Assembly (NCBI RefSeq): GCF_009914755.1
Contig: NC_060927.1
DNA from: the human T2T-CHM13v2.0 reference genome, Homo sapiens
Reading direction: 5' to 3' (one strand)
Length of the DNA: 64,000 bases
Part shown: positions 12,960-27,325 of the stretch, one piece after another
Layout of the letters: each line of letters starts with the position of its first letter
How positions within the stretch are numbered: the stretch's first letter is position 1
Made by a program: the position numbers and the translations under genes
Notes under the pieces: generated by a model
The model's input: the letters and a program-made list of their open reading frames with translations, nothing else
Database searches by the model: none
What the model was told of the DNA's origin: nothing

Positions 12960-13880
12960 CTGCTGTAGTTACCCTATCTTAGCTAAGGGTAATTCTATTC
13001 TTCCCATTTCTCAGACCCAAAACTTTAGTGTCAAGATTAATAGCACCACAACCTGCTCCCTGCCCCTGTACCCACATCCAATCCTTCAGCATTTCCTGTT
13101 GGCCCTACCTTCAAAATAGGTCCAAAGTGGACCATGACGCACCACCCCACTGCCAAGACCTGGTGGGGCTTGCCATCATCTCATGCCTGGATTATTGCAA
13201 TGGCCTCCTAGCTGGTCTCCTGCTTCTTTTCTCAACACAGTAGCCAGGGATCCTGTTAAAATGTTACATTGGAGCAAGTGATTCCTCTGCTCAAAACCTT
13301 CCCAAAGGTCTCTGCATTTTTCTCAGAGCCAAGCCAAAGTCATCCCAATGGCTATCAGTCCCGTGTGACCTGGCTCCTAATTACTTGCCTAACGTTATTT
13401 CTACTCATCCTCCAACCATCACACAGGCTTCCTGGCTGGTCCCACCTTAGGGCCTTTGCATTGGCCATGCCCTCTGCCTGGAGCGCTCTTCCCTCTCGGA
13501 CATGCACTTGGCTGGTTTCCTTACTCCTTCCAAACTTTGTTCAAATCTTGCCTTCTCTATGAGGTCTTTTCATAATTAAAAATTTGTGATCCCAACATTT
13601 CAGATTCCCTTTTCTGACTTCAAATCTTTCTCTTTAACACTTATCACTATCAAAATATCATATGCTAGGTTAAATCATACACAATTTCCTATTTTTAAAC
13701 TTTTTGACCTATCCACATGCCAGTTTCATATGAGACAAGCTAATACTCATCTTGCCTGTCTTATTATTTCTCCCTTGTTGAGAATATCAGCTCTATGAGG
13801 CAGGAATGTTGGTTTCGTTCCCACCATCCGGAATGGTGCTGCGCACAAAGTAGGCCCCCAGTCAATGGTTATTCAATGAA
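12960..13880 (+). mobile_element. L2 fragment(s)
   Basis: cccacatccaatcc..ctaccttcaaaatag..cctggattattgcaatggcctccta..gggcctttgcattggc..ccctctgcctgga. Confidence 0.75.
13663..13745. mobile_element. Second MADE2-like MITE, inside L2
   Basis: taggttaaatcata..tttttgaccta..gtttcatatg..ctaata. Confidence 0.55.
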
Positions 13881-15439
13881 TATGGAATATGGCACAGTGC
13901 TTCCATTTCAATTTGTTTTTTAAAAAAAATCATTGCTGACAGGTGTTCCTGGGAAAGGCTATTTTGGTTAGAAGTATCCTCGCCTTCTTGCAAGTGCACA
14001 GAGAAAAACTGTAAGTATATTTTTTGGTTCACTGAACACCCAGGATATACTGAAAGGAACAGAGATTATAGAGGGAAAGAAGGCGGCTTTTGTGTATATA
14101 CTTATCCAATTTGAGATTCTTGTCATTTTATTCTCTTCCTTCCCCAAATTTGGGTTGCTACCCCTGTCTGATGCCCAAAGTATTCTAACCAGAAGGCCCA
14201 TAATCATAATCTTTTTGAAAAACATCCTTCTGGCTGCCCTGCTTAAGCTCAGAGCAGTAATTAACCCCACCGCCTTCTGAGACCTGGAGCACCCTCATTC
14301 AACACACACTTTTAATAGGATACATTCAGTCTCAGGCTAGACTGGGTAAAACATGGTCCTTACCGAAGGGAAAGAGGAGACAATGGGCCATAACCACATA
14401 GTTCTTAGTGGTCCAAGGACCACCTAACAGGGTTGGGAAGAAAGCTCATGGGATCTCAGGCAGTGAGGCATTATGTCAACATCGGTTCAACTAACAAGCT
14501 AAGATGGATTCTGCAGCCCAAGCTCAAGTCTGTGTGTGCATTTAGACACTGGGGAAATGAACTTCCCTGAGCTGTTGCCTGGAGCAGGATACAAAGCACT
14601 CAGGGACCCCCCGACTTCGTGGTCTCTCATCAATGTTATGATGCTGCAATCTTCCCCCTTTCCTTGGCTCTCCTGTTTCCCTGGTCTTGTTCTCTGGGTC
14701 CTGCTCTCTAGGTGTTCCAGTGGTTTCCCAAAGACCTGGTTTACAAAAGGAGGCATTTGTATTCATTCTGCAGGTTTGGCTTTGCAGAGCCAGGCCTTCA
14801 GAGGTTCGGATCTCCTTCAGAGCCTTGGCTGTCAGCCTGGGAGAACCCACCAGATTACCCACCAGGTAAACAGGATGGCCTGGCCCTTTTGGGTGACCCA
14901 GGCAGGCTTTCCTTAGCCTTGGCCAGCCAGGGGGAACATAATATGCCTTTCCAGTCAATTTCCTTTATTTTCCATTTAAAAAGAAAGTCCTTCATCAAAA
15001 TAACAAACCATTAATATTACCTAATTACTAATATTTATTTTAACATGGTTAAGAGAATGGCACGTTTTACAAGTATTAGAGACATAAAACACAAGCCCAA
15101 TTTGGTTCTTGCCTCATTAAACTTTAAATTGTTACAGTTCACTGCTTACAACAACACTGATTCTCACTCCCAGGTCTAACTAAAGAACAAATTTTAATTC
15201 AATGGACATTTTAGGAGAGACAACAGCCTTGTGGGAGTCTTTCCACAGCAGAAGCAGGAGCCCAGCTAGCATCAAATGTCCCCACACATGTCCTCCTGCC
15301 TTTAATCTCCTTAATCAGCTTTCCAACTACCCAACTTCAGGGGAAAGGCCTTCTTTGTCTTCAATTTTCTGTTTCCTTTTTCCTTGCTTGCTTGATGATG
15401 ATAAAGACATGAGAGACAGAAAAAGAAAGAGAGAGTGGG

Positions 15440-15730
15440 GGTCGGGTGTGGTAGCTCACACCTGTAATCCCAGCATTTTGTAAGGCCTAGGCGGAAGGAT
15501 CACTTGAGGTCAGGAGTTTGAGGCCAGCCTGATCAACATGGTAAAACCTTGTCTCTACTAAAACTACAAAAATTAGCCTGGCGCGGTTGTGCATGCCTGT
15601 GGTTCGAGCTCTCAGGAGGATGAGGTGGGAAGATCACTTGAGCCCAGGAGAATGAGGCTGCAGCGAACTATAGCAGTGTCATGGCACTCCAGCCTGGGCG
15701 ACTCTGGCAGAATGAGACGCTGTCTCAAAA

Positions 15731-15773
<43 letters not shown>

Positions 15774-15775
15774 AA
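15440..15775 (+). mobile_element. AluJ-type element with (TAAA)n tail
   Basis: gatcacttgagcccaggag..gaggctgcag right arm; (taaa)n tail at about 15727-15775. Confidence 0.9.
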
Positions 15776-15787
15776 AAGGAAAAAGTG

Positions 15788-15855
15788 AGACAGACAGAGA
15801 GAGTAAGGAGAGATAGATAATAGACAGACAGAGAGAGTAAGGAGAGATAGATAAT
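15788..15855. repeat. Perfect 34-bp tandem duplication (GA-rich)
   Basis: agacagacagagagagtaaggagagatagataat x2. Confidence 0.92.
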
Positions 15856-16328
15856 ATGAACAAATGAGAGAGGATGAGACAGAAAAGATACTGAGAGGGC
15901 CCTGCCCTGTCTTGACCAGAAAAATCCAATGAGAAAATACTTTCCCTTCCTAATCCTCTGATTTTTACAACAGCAGACAATTAGTTATGAATCCAAACCA
16001 ACTTTTCCCTGCGAACTTCTGCCAGTTTTGAGATAATTTGCTTTGTTTGGTGTGCAGCAAGGGTGGACCCAGTTGGCTTCCCCAGGGGCAGTCTGTATGT
16101 CAGCAACATTTGCATAATCCATCTCCTCATCTGGCCATGAGCTGTGCACCACAGGAGAAGAAGGATAAAGAAAGCAGTTTGGTGGTGATCCACAGACCAG
16201 TCTCACTGAGCTGAGACAGAACCTATCCTCACCTTTAGGCTGGGCAAGAGGGGGCCCTACTGTGAAGGCCTGCATATCAAAACACCAACACATACTTTTT
16301 TTTTCTTTTCTGGCTCTTTAGAATGTTA

Positions 16329-16353
16329 GTTGTTGTTGTTGTTGTTGTTGTTG
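16329..16353. repeat. (GTT)n microsatellite
   Basis: About 8 gtt units. Confidence 0.9.
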
Positions 16354-19300
16354 AAAGTTTAGTAACTGACCAAGTGAACTGGAATTATAAAGGGCACACA
16401 AGCCACACGGGGCCTCCATTTGTCCTATTGTCCTAGGTCCTGGAAATCTCAAGAAGCGGGTCTGTCTGCACACCATGGAGAGAAGATAAGGGCAGAAATG
16501 ATGGGGGAGATTGTCATGGAGAGCACAACGGAGTAAGAACAGACTGAGGATTTAAATACTTAGGTACATAATGTGACTAAGGATGGAGCAGGTCTAAGTG
16601 AGAGAGAAGGCTAACACCATTTCAGGGATGGAGCAGGGAAGCCGCTGAGTAGAGACGATGGGACTAAGAAGGAGCAGGTCCAGGGATTCACTAGGAACAT
16701 TCTTGGGAACTCGAGACCAGAGGAGCTTAGGAAAAGGATAAAGACTTACACAAAGAAATAGGCGTGAGTTACTCATGTGAGCCTGGGGGTACGGAAAGGG
16801 GCTGGGAAGGGTCAAGCTGTGGGACAGCTAGACCTGGGTTGAAATATTAACTCCAGAACATCCTGGAGATTGGGAGCTGGAGCTGGTGGCCTCAGGCCTT
16901 TGACCTAGATCTCTCTAATCCTCAGGTCCTTGTAAATGGTAGCCATCCCAAAGGGCTGCTGTGAGAAGAAAATGAGAAAGCTCATACAGTGGAGTAACAT
17001 AGCACCCAACATGGCAAACACACACAAACGCTAGGCAGTGTGGTTGGCATTAGCATTCATTTTAGTATTAGTATTCGTTGTAGTTTTTCTGTGAATGTGA
17101 TTCCATTTGGCTGCTCCTGCTGGAAAAAACACGGGAGACATCTACAACTTCCTCAACCCCAATCTTTTCTGGAATTCTCTTGGGAAGACTCTCTTCTTGC
17201 TTATAGAACCAAGTGTCTCCCTCCTCTCTTTCTCCTTCTCACCCCAAAGGCAGTTAAAAATACATAAAAAAAAAAAATAATAACAGCAATATCTGGCATC
17301 TCAAAAAGGAACATATGATTTCTCCTCAGGGACAAATGGCCTTGCCAGGCAGAGGCACCTGGCACCCTGTGGATCATACCTGGTGTCAATATTCCAGTTA
17401 GTGCCAGGGACATCTGGCTTCAGTGTGGCATCTGAGGGCCCATGTAGCATCAGGTTCTGGGGTAACAACCTGCAGAAAGGCAGAAGTGTACCCAGCTAGA
17501 GCAGGAAAAAGCTGCAACTGTGTTACAGTGAAAATGAAATTTCATGTGGTGCTCTACAGAAGGGCTAAAGATGGGTGTCCTTCACCCACACCCAAGGACC
17601 TACCCCTCAGACCATCTCTAGATAGAAAGTCCAGAAACAAAAGTGGGCATACAGGCACCCCTGTGGGCTGGCGGAAGGAGGGAAAAGGGAGGCTTTGTGT
17701 CTAATCTGAACTTATTTATTGTCAGCCTCCAGCTCCATTAGAAATGCTGTTCATTACCCAGAAAGCCAAATTTGTGTGAGTTAATTTACAACTGAAAGAT
17801 GTAATGTTATGGAGTAATCTATACTTTGATTTATTGTAAATTTCCTACTGGCATGAATTTTTATACACCAGGCTTTAGCTGATCCCCCTAACCGACAAAT
17901 AATGCTTGACAATTACACACTATCAGGCAAACATGCTGGAACATACACTTTTACCCCTAATCCTGTATATAAATTTTACTTTTTACACTTGTGTGGCTCT
18001 CTTCCACATGGGAACTTCAGAATACTGTGCCCATTTAGTGTACTGTTTATCAAGATGAAATGTGACCGAATTGACTATTTCCTCAATGAGGCAATTCTAA
18101 AAAAAATTAATTTTGTTAGGTTTTTTATTTTCTAAAGAGAAACAAAACTTTCAGACCATAGGAAATTTCCTTGATGATGCTTCATATCAGATTAGGTAAG
18201 ATTTCTGATGCCTGCTGTTGGCTGACATGATCCTTTTTCAATGAAGTAAATCCAAATGCTCATGAAAAAAATATATTTAAAAAAATTTTTTTCACAAAAG
18301 GGATTTTGTTAGAGTAGTACCTATGATGTAAATGCATATGCTTATGTATAACTAAATGAATACACGTGTGTATGTATATATGTAAATGCACACAAGATTG
18401 GAAAAATGCAGGTGTTCCTTAAATCCTCAGAGGGCTACTGGAGAAATCAGGTTCTCTGGAAACATGACTTGGGTAAGTCCGGCTGTTTCTAAGACTCTAC
18501 TTTTGGCACTTTTATACCACATTCAGAGTGGTGTGGTAAGAAAACAGAGGAAGGAAAGGAGGAGGGAGAAGAGGTTATTCTGTGTGTCTATTCCATTTCA
18601 TGTATTTCACTAGACATAATGCCTAATTATTTCATTTCTCAATTTTATTTTCAAACTCTTGGCATGGGGAGGTCTTTTCAAAAGACAGGAAATCCAGATG
18701 CTATAAAGGAAAAGACTGGGATTCATATAATTATGAAAGTTCTGTGTGGCAAAAAACAGCTACAACAGCAACTCCCTAAATGAGCAAAGCTGTAAGATAA
18801 ATGTCAATTAGATAAGCACATTTCAGATAAATAATTTGCATCCACAATATGACACATTAATAAGAAAAAGGTCTATCAGCCAGCAGAAAGGTACAAAGGG
18901 TATGTATCATTAGCCCATGCAAAGGATATGAATATACAAAGCTCTGAATAAAGACATGTGAATGACTAATTGATAAAGGATGTTCATGCATACAAATAAT
19001 TAGGAAAATGAAAAGTAAAACAACAACAAGTAAAACAATTAAACTTCTTGGAAAGTTTAATCAAGGAGAAAAAGGTGGAGACAGAATGTAAAGAAATAAC
19101 TATAAAATGACAAAAAGGCAAGGGAATAGAACAGATAAAGAAGAGATTGGAATAATGACAATAGGCATATAAGTAGATGAAATGGACAATACTCTAGCAA
19201 AACAAAAATAATAGGGAAGAGGCAGATAATCTAAATGGGCCAATAACCCAATAACCAGGAAATAAAAAAAAAATGTTGCCAAAAAATTATCTCCAAAAAT

Positions 19301-19391
19301 GGCCCTGGGTTTGGAGCATTTAATAGAAGAATACTTTCATACTTTCAAGAACAGACCAATGTTTTTGGCTGCTTAAAAAGTTCTGGAAATA

Positions 19392-19704
19392 GGCCAGGTG
19401 CGGTGGCTCACGCCTGTAATCCTAGCACTTTGGGAGGCCGAGGAGGGTGGATCACTTGAGGTCAGGAGTTCAAAACCAGCCTGGCCAACATGATGAAACC
19501 CCATCTCTACTAAAAATACAAAAAAAAAAAAAAAAAAAAAAAAATTAGCTGGGTGTAGTGGCGGTGCCTGTAATCCCAACTACTCAGGAGGCTGAGGCGG
19601 GAGAATCACTTAAATCCAGGAGGTGGAGGTTGCAGTGAGCCGAGATTGCGCTACTGCACTCCAGCCTGGGTGACAGAGTGAGACTCTGTCTCAAAAAAAA
19701 AAAA
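19392..19704 (+). mobile_element. AluSx-type element with expanded central A-tract
   Basis: Full dimer; central linker has A25 (19520-19544); 17-bp TSD AAAAAGTTCTGGAAATA (19375-19391 / 19700-19716). Confidence 0.95.
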
Positions 19705-19989
19705 GTTCTGGAAATATAGACTGCTTCACAATTTAATTTTCAAAGCTGAAGTATCTTGGATACATAAAAGAAGAAACTGTAGGTCAATTCTACTTGTGAC
19801 TATGATATAAAAACTGTAAGCTGCAACACTTGCAAAAAAAACCCCAGCAGCACATTGCAGAAAGAATACAAACACGGCCAAGTAGGGTTTATTTAAGGAA
19901 AGTAATGATGATTTAATAGTGGGAATTCCATAATCTAACACATTACGTTAGTAAGTCAAGAGAGGTAAATACATATGAGATCATTCAAA

Positions 19990-20145
19990 GCAGTTCTTCT
20001 TTATCAGTGGTACACATCAGAATCGTGGGTCTGATTCCTACCACGGCAAATTATCTTACAGTGTAACTGGAGAAAGTCTTAGTCTTTTTTTTTGTTAAGT
20101 GCTCTTTGGGAATTCTTAAATATACCTTAGTTTGAGAACCACTGA
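19990..20145. mobile_element. MER5-like hAT fragment
   Basis: catcagaatc near the start; ends agtttgagaaccactg. Confidence 0.55.
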
Positions 20146-21681
20146 TTTAGAAGAAAATGTTCATGAGGCATTAAATAAAAATTCAACAATTCTTGATATA
20201 AAATCACAGGAAACTAAGAATAAGAGCATATCTCTTTAATAAGGTCTATCTCATCTGAATAACAAACAAAGAAATAGTGAACTACAGGCAACATTCCCAT
20301 GAAATCCAGAGGCAAGACAAGGATGCTCACTATAACCACTAGTATTTAGTATTGTTTTAGATATTCCACCTAAAACAATAAGACAAGGAAAACATACTAA
20401 AACCGCTATTGTAAAAGAGAAGCTTACCTGGGATTATTAACATATGATATGATAATCTATTCAGAAAGTACATAAAATCATGAAAAAGATTCCATTTCTT
20501 TTATGGAAAAGAGTCAACTAAAAAACTACTTGAACAAAAAATAATGCAGGAATGTGTCAGGTTAAAAATTCACTAAGCTCTACGTCAACCTGCACTGCCA
20601 GTTAAAAAGACAATGGAAAAAGTTTCCATTCATAATAGCTAATAGGTGTACCAAAAAACCCACAATAAATAGACATAACAAAAAATTATGAGTTCCAATT
20701 TTATAAATATCAAAAAGGAAAAAAAATCATCTTGGAATTAAAACCATGCAATAAATCCATACAAATAACATATTTTTTAAAATCTCCATCATAACAATTG
20801 TTATTTACTGAGTATGTCACATATGCCAGTCTTTATGTGGAAATGAGCATTTTACAAGTGCATTTCTTTTTCTATTCAGAAAAGTTCACTCCTCTGTGGC
20901 ACACGCCAATATTATACTTAATTTACGGATGTGCCTTTTGCCCAAGGTCATAAAGTTGGTAGGTGGCAAATCCTGTATTCAAATTCAGCCAAATCTGCCA
21001 TGCTCTTGACCACAGCTCTGTGGCAAATATCTCCTCCCACCAGGGCATCTGATTCTGTAGCCCTGTGTTGTGTGATAGCAAATGATACGCCAAGACGAGC
21101 TCACTCAGCTTCATAGGGTCAAAACCTTTCCACATCACTGTTTATTAAAACGTCCTAAATGAAGAATAGCAATAAAGGGCTCTGAAGGAAGCTATCAGTG
21201 ACATCCGGGGCCTTAGCGTGTGGTATGTCACCCAAATACATTTGGACATTATATCATGGCTGTTGTTTTGGGCTCTTGCCCAAAACTCTGTGTGAGACCT
21301 CAGACAAGGAAGGCTGTCTCTGCTGCACTGAGCACTCTGTCAACACTCAAAATAATGCTGAGGCAGCCACAGCACAATGCAGGAAGGGATGTCCGGGGCC
21401 ATGACATCTTGTAGAGGACACCCCATATTTATCACTGTTTCAAGTTCAGATCTGCATGAGCAACTGAAAGCAATACTTGGACTGTTGGAAGAACAAGCAC
21501 TGGGATGGGAATGAGACCCTCCAGCCCTGAAACCACAGGCCCTGCCCACCAGCCCTGCTCTCCAGGGTAGGTGCTCAGAAAACCTTCCTGGACTTCTCCA
21601 TATGATCCTAATGGAAGCCTGGGGGAAGAAACATTTGTCTTCTGAATTTTCAAGTTCATAGTGCATTCATTTAATTTTTTA

Positions 21682-22085
<404 letters not shown>

Positions 22086-24346
22086 CGGAAAAGGAAGAGG
22101 GATATAAAGTATGAAGAACCAGAATGGAAAAGCAGCCTGTGAGAACCTTCCTTAACTCCACGTTGTTTCCCTGTGGATTGGGAACGATGGAGTTGTAGAG
22201 AGAAGGGGATCTGAGGGGACATTTTACCACTCCTCTCCCACCAGGGTGTACCACACAGATATCTGCCAGGGGCATCTCACATTGGTTCCCACTGTGTGCT
22301 CTGAGACACTCAGGCTTTCTCACACCTTGGCTGGAATTCTTTTCCTTTCCACCTGTGCAGGAGAGACAGCCCACTGAGAAGGTTCTGCATGTGTCAGGCC
22401 GACATTCTTGCTGTCATCAAAGACCACAGGGCTCTTACCTACAGGGTGATGCTAGCATTTTCCTGGGTACTTTGGATTGCTAAGTCCCATTAGCTTTTCT
22501 GCTTATCCCAAGTCCCCATACCCTCACCTCTTCCCCCTGCATCCTTTTGCATTTCAGCAAAAAGCACCATCATCTGGTCATTTAATCTAACCAGAAATCC
22601 TGTTTCCTATCCACCAGGTTCACTCCATTTCTTTGCCTTGAATCAGTACCCGTCTCTCCATTTCACAGGGCAGGCTGCCATCACCTTATATGTTACAACC
22701 CCAACAAGTTCCTTACTGGCTATCCTACTTTGATCTATTTACTCGACAAATACAGAGTCCCTCCTATGTTCCAAGAAGTATTTTAAGTGCTGGGAACACA
22801 GCAGTAAGAAAATAAAAACAAGCAAACAAAAGAACACCAGGGAAAATGGAATAGGGAGCAAAGATCGTATCACTACCATGAACAGGGTGTTAAGCAAGGC
22901 CAACTGACAATATGACAGACTCGCCTTTTCCTACCCTCTGTAAGCTTCCCCCTCTCCCCCACATTCAGCCAGGATCATCTTCTCAAGATGCAAATCAGGT
23001 CAAATCACCTTCCAGCTTGGAAATAGCCACTGACAGTTTAAATAGCAGAGGCATCAAATTAGTATTTGACAAATAAATGTGTAGGTTTTATTATCACAGT
23101 GAATATTTGCAATGACTCCCATTTTACAAAAGAATACAGTGACATTCAACAGATGGTAAATAGCAAAGCCAGAATTCACACCTCTGACTCCAGAGCCGGA
23201 AACAGCTGGTGTGGCCAGCCACAGCAGGAAGTGCCACAGAATGGGGCACTTTCCTTACAGTTGTCCCCGGAGGTGTGCATTTCACCCACATCATCTAATA
23301 ATTCTCACCAAATGCTCCCTGGAAGGATGCAAGGAATACTTACCGAAGCCTGAAATGAATAATTTAGGTTTTTACAAATGCCTGCCCTTCACCTGGAGGA
23401 AGTGTGCACAGTACTAAGGTGCATGGGCTCGGCAGGCTGACTGCCTGGACTCAAATGCCAGCTTAGCCACTCCCTGGCCCAGTAACCAGCCTGGGCCTCA
23501 GTTTCTCCATTAATAAAAAGAAGCAAATACTTGTAGTACCAAGATCACAGGGCTAAGGTAAGGTCTAAGGTAAGCACTCAGCAATGTGCCTAGATTGTTA
23601 TTTTTTAAACTAGTCTCTGAACAAATGTTATTTCTCTGAATCCAACAGTCCACCTGTCATTGTTACATTTACTAGCACTGAATTGATTCAATCTCAAGAA
23701 ATGAAAAATGTGGATTTACTTTTAAAATATTTCACTCTTTACTCTAGAATGACAGCCCTAAAATAAAAAACTTTCCTGCTGCTGCCATTTAAAAATATTA
23801 TTATCCATAAGGTAAATTCAGAGAGATTGATGGTATGGTCTTGATGTGCCTATCATTTGGGCTTACTGAGGCTGGAGAATGCCCATCCTTGAGAATATAG
23901 AAAAAAAAATAGTCAACTGCCTTGGGTGACAAAGTCTCATCACTTGCCCCAACAGGTGATAACGTGAGGATCACCAAACACCCATCCCCAAGGCAAGGTC
24001 CCAACACTGAAAGCCAAAGGTGGCTTTAAAAGGACGGGACAATAACCAAGAAACCAGGGTTAGCTGTCGAATATCTAAAATGGTATTGGCTTCCATGACA
24101 TCTCTCTATCTTTCACCCCTAACTACTCTACAGGTTACCAGATTAATGTTTTTAAATATAAAATTTCTAAAAAGTAATTTCAGATGACTAAGATATTACC
24201 TTAAACTAGGACATTTTCATTCTAGAAGGGGAAGGGGTACTTGTTATAGTAGATGAAATTATGTTTGAACAGACAGAAATGGGCTAAGGCTTTTTAGGAA
24301 TAATTTCTCACAGTTTACTTATGTAAAAAGAGGCAAAATTCTTTGT

Positions 24347-24383
24347 CTTTTGTTTTGTTTTTGTTTGTTTGTTTGTTTGTTTT
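24347..24383. repeat. (TTTG/TTTTG)n microsatellite
   Basis: tttgttttgtttttgtttgtttgtttgtttgttttg. Confidence 0.85.
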
Positions 24384-26709
24384 GCTTTACAAGACCTCAA
24401 TTTGTCTTCTCTGTCTTTGTGATTTTTTTTTCCCCTATACCTCCACACAATGATGGAATGAAGACTGTGAGAGAAACAAAGGTAATTCATTTTATAGGAG
24501 ATTTAATATTTACAGAAATGCCAGAAGTTCATCATTTTCCATCTTTTCTAAAAAAGAGAGAGCTTCAAGAGAGTTTCTATAGGACTTATCAAGTTTCTTG
24601 ATTTTGGTTACCAATTTAGGGGACTGTGTAAAAAAGGCTGCCTAGTGAGGTCATAGGACCCAAACCAGTCATATCAACAACATGACCTTGTGACGTTGAA
24701 ATTCTTTATAGGAGCTCATAAATTATGCCTGTAGGTAAAACAGCCTCAACATGGTTTGGCCAGTGTTTTGAGTACGTCTCTTAACGTGAACAGTTTAGAG
24801 ATCTTTCTTCTTCCTTTATGTTTTGTCATCTACTAATCCCACACCCACCCCATTTTTCTAGGTTTTGTGTATTCTTCTTAATAAGTCTGCACAAATCACT
24901 ATAATGTAGCTGAAATCTTAATTTTCAAATTGTGCTTCAATTACCATCTACATGAAGCCAACTGGGAGACATGCCTTTGTCTCTTGGAGTTTGTCAGGAG
25001 TTAGTTCTTTGCATGTGCTGGATGGAAGTTGCTGCCAAAGCTAGAGTTTCCACAAATGCCAACAAAACAAACGGTTGCTCATTTATGCATCCATTATATT
25101 ACTTACCCCCTAATATGTGTGGTAATTCTGGCCTTAAGGAGAGCAGAGGAGATAAGAAAGACATTTAAAGGCATAACCGAAGATGCATGATAGAAAGCCT
25201 CACGAAGGAAGGAAGGACATCATGGTTCAATACTGTGGAGGGCTCGAAAAGGGCAAAGGATACTTCCAGCTTCAGGAAAGACTTCTTGCAAAAGACATCA
25301 TTAGATATAGGCCTTGAAGGACATTTGACCCAAAGGGAATGACTGAAAGAATTACCCGAAGGCAAGATAATTCAGGGTACACAAGGAAAACCTAAAAATA
25401 GGTCCAGATCAGAAGTCTTTGTCTTAATCTTCCTGCTTAGCCTTTGAGTGTTGAGACGGCAAATATGGGTTTGACAAATTAACCAGCACCATCCTTTGAT
25501 TTCTCACTAAGTCCCATTTCAAATTATTTCAGAAAACAGATGCTGTTGAACTCATAAGGTTTCAAGGTTTCTGCCATCACTTCTCTCAGTTCCTTCTTTT
25601 AGCTAACCTCCATCCCTTGCTGTAATTTTGAGCCTGTTTCTTCTTTCTGCATCCATGGGCAATAGGTGGTTATCATGGTCCTTACTATGCCACTATCTTC
25701 CCTCTTTGTCCAACTCTCCAATGCCCTGCATTCCTCAACCTCAACTCTCCCCCACACTGAGGACCTCACATGGCAATGCAGGGTGCTCTGCTCATGCCAA
25801 TGAAAAGCCAGCAAGGGCTGCCTCTTGAGGCTTGTGCTGTCCACATCTTCTCATTCATGCTGCCCGGAAGTGCCTTTGACTTTTCAGCAATGCCTCTACT
25901 TGGGGTCGATTCTCTTGACTAGATCTATACAAAGCCAGCTCTGCACCATCTTCAGCTCACAGTTTGTCTTTTCTCCTGCCCCACTGAGTTCAAATAATTG
26001 TTACTGATAACTTCTTTAACACATCAAGGTCATAAGGAATTCTAATCCTTTCCTGTAAGATGCCAGCTACTTCTGAGTGGGTTGTGTTCCAACTCGGTGG
26101 TTACAGGGACTTTGAAATTGGCCATGTGTTTAACATATTGAACAAAGACTTAGATCTTGAAATGTGCATTTATCCTTTCACTTATTTTCTTAATTTGTGA
26201 ATTGACTACCACTTATGGATCATGCCTGTACATCTGTTTTAGATGTGGGATTTTTTTTCAATTCGTCATTTGAATTAAACTCTACATAGTATGTCACACA
26301 TAGCTTGCAATATGCCAGCATACAGTAGAACAATTATCTTTTCCTTTGCAAATCTGATTAAAAATGAGCCAAGTCCTGTCCTTCTGTGGAATGTGTACAT
26401 GTAATGGGGCAGAGGGGTAAGGAGTTCTTTTGAGAAAACCAAAGCATGGCTTAACTATATATTTTAGAAAATATTATAGAGCTTTCTACCCACTGAATCT
26501 AATGCCATGGAAATTATTCAAATGCTGACTTGATGCCAAGGGCCATGCCCATTGAGCTCATTACAGAGGAACAAAAAAGTCTGATCTCTGGGTCTCCATA
26601 CTAGAGTCAAGCCTCACAATTAATTCCATGTGTGTAACTGTGTGTGCAGGTGTGTACATGAGGCTCCCTTGTTACCACTGCTAATTATATATAATTGTAT
26701 CTACAGTGT

Positions 26710-26910
26710 TGTGACACTTACTATGAACCAAGCACTGTGCCAAGTACTTTACATAAATGGTTCATTTCACCTTCCCAATAAGCCTATTGTACTGGGTACG
26801 TACTATTATTATCCCCATTTAACAGATGAATAAACTGAGGCTTGGAAAGGTAAAACTCACATAAACTCAACTCCGTCAACTCCAAAGTTCAGGTTCTTGA
26901 CTGCATTGCC
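26710..26910 (-). mobile_element. MIR
   Basis: cttactatgaaccaagcactgtgccaagtactttaca..tatccccattttaacagatgaataaactgaggc. Confidence 0.8.
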
Positions 26911-27325
26911 ATTCTAAATGTATACATCTAAGTCAGAGGCCCCTGGAGTATTGGCTCCAGGTTTTGGCCATGGCTGGAATGGAGGATGAGTTGAGTGAGC
27001 TCTACCCAAGGACAATGATAGCATCTCCCTCAAGGTGGTGAGTAATGAAAAAATGTCCCCTGGCCTGTGTTCAAAAGGAAAGGTCTACTCAGCTAGTGCC
27101 CCAGCCCTTAGAAAGGTCACTCCCAGTACTTCACAGGAAGAACTATACTACTACAAGTCCTTGCCCTGAAATATATATGGCTGCATTATGAACTGTGGGA
27201 CAGATAGGACCTAGTTTTAATACCAGCTTTCCTAATTACTATCTGCACAATCTTAGGCAAGGTAATTGGTGTCCTTGAGCATCAACTTACTCATCTGTAA
27301 GAAAAGAATAAAAATAGTATGTGTC

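Larger units (their letters stand above)
18690..20720 (+). mobile_element. Highly degraded old L1 (L1M) ORF2 fragments
   Basis: A-rich + strand with ORF2 motifs, e.g. ggcaagacaaggatgctcactataaccact, aaaattcaaca, ttccattcataatagc; interrupted by an Alu and a MER5-like fragment. Confidence 0.7.

Noticed and set aside
20420-20525. Minus-strand CAG|GTAAGC donor with a T-rich acceptor
   Set aside because: Lies within antisense L1, which generates many pseudo splice sites; no independent support.
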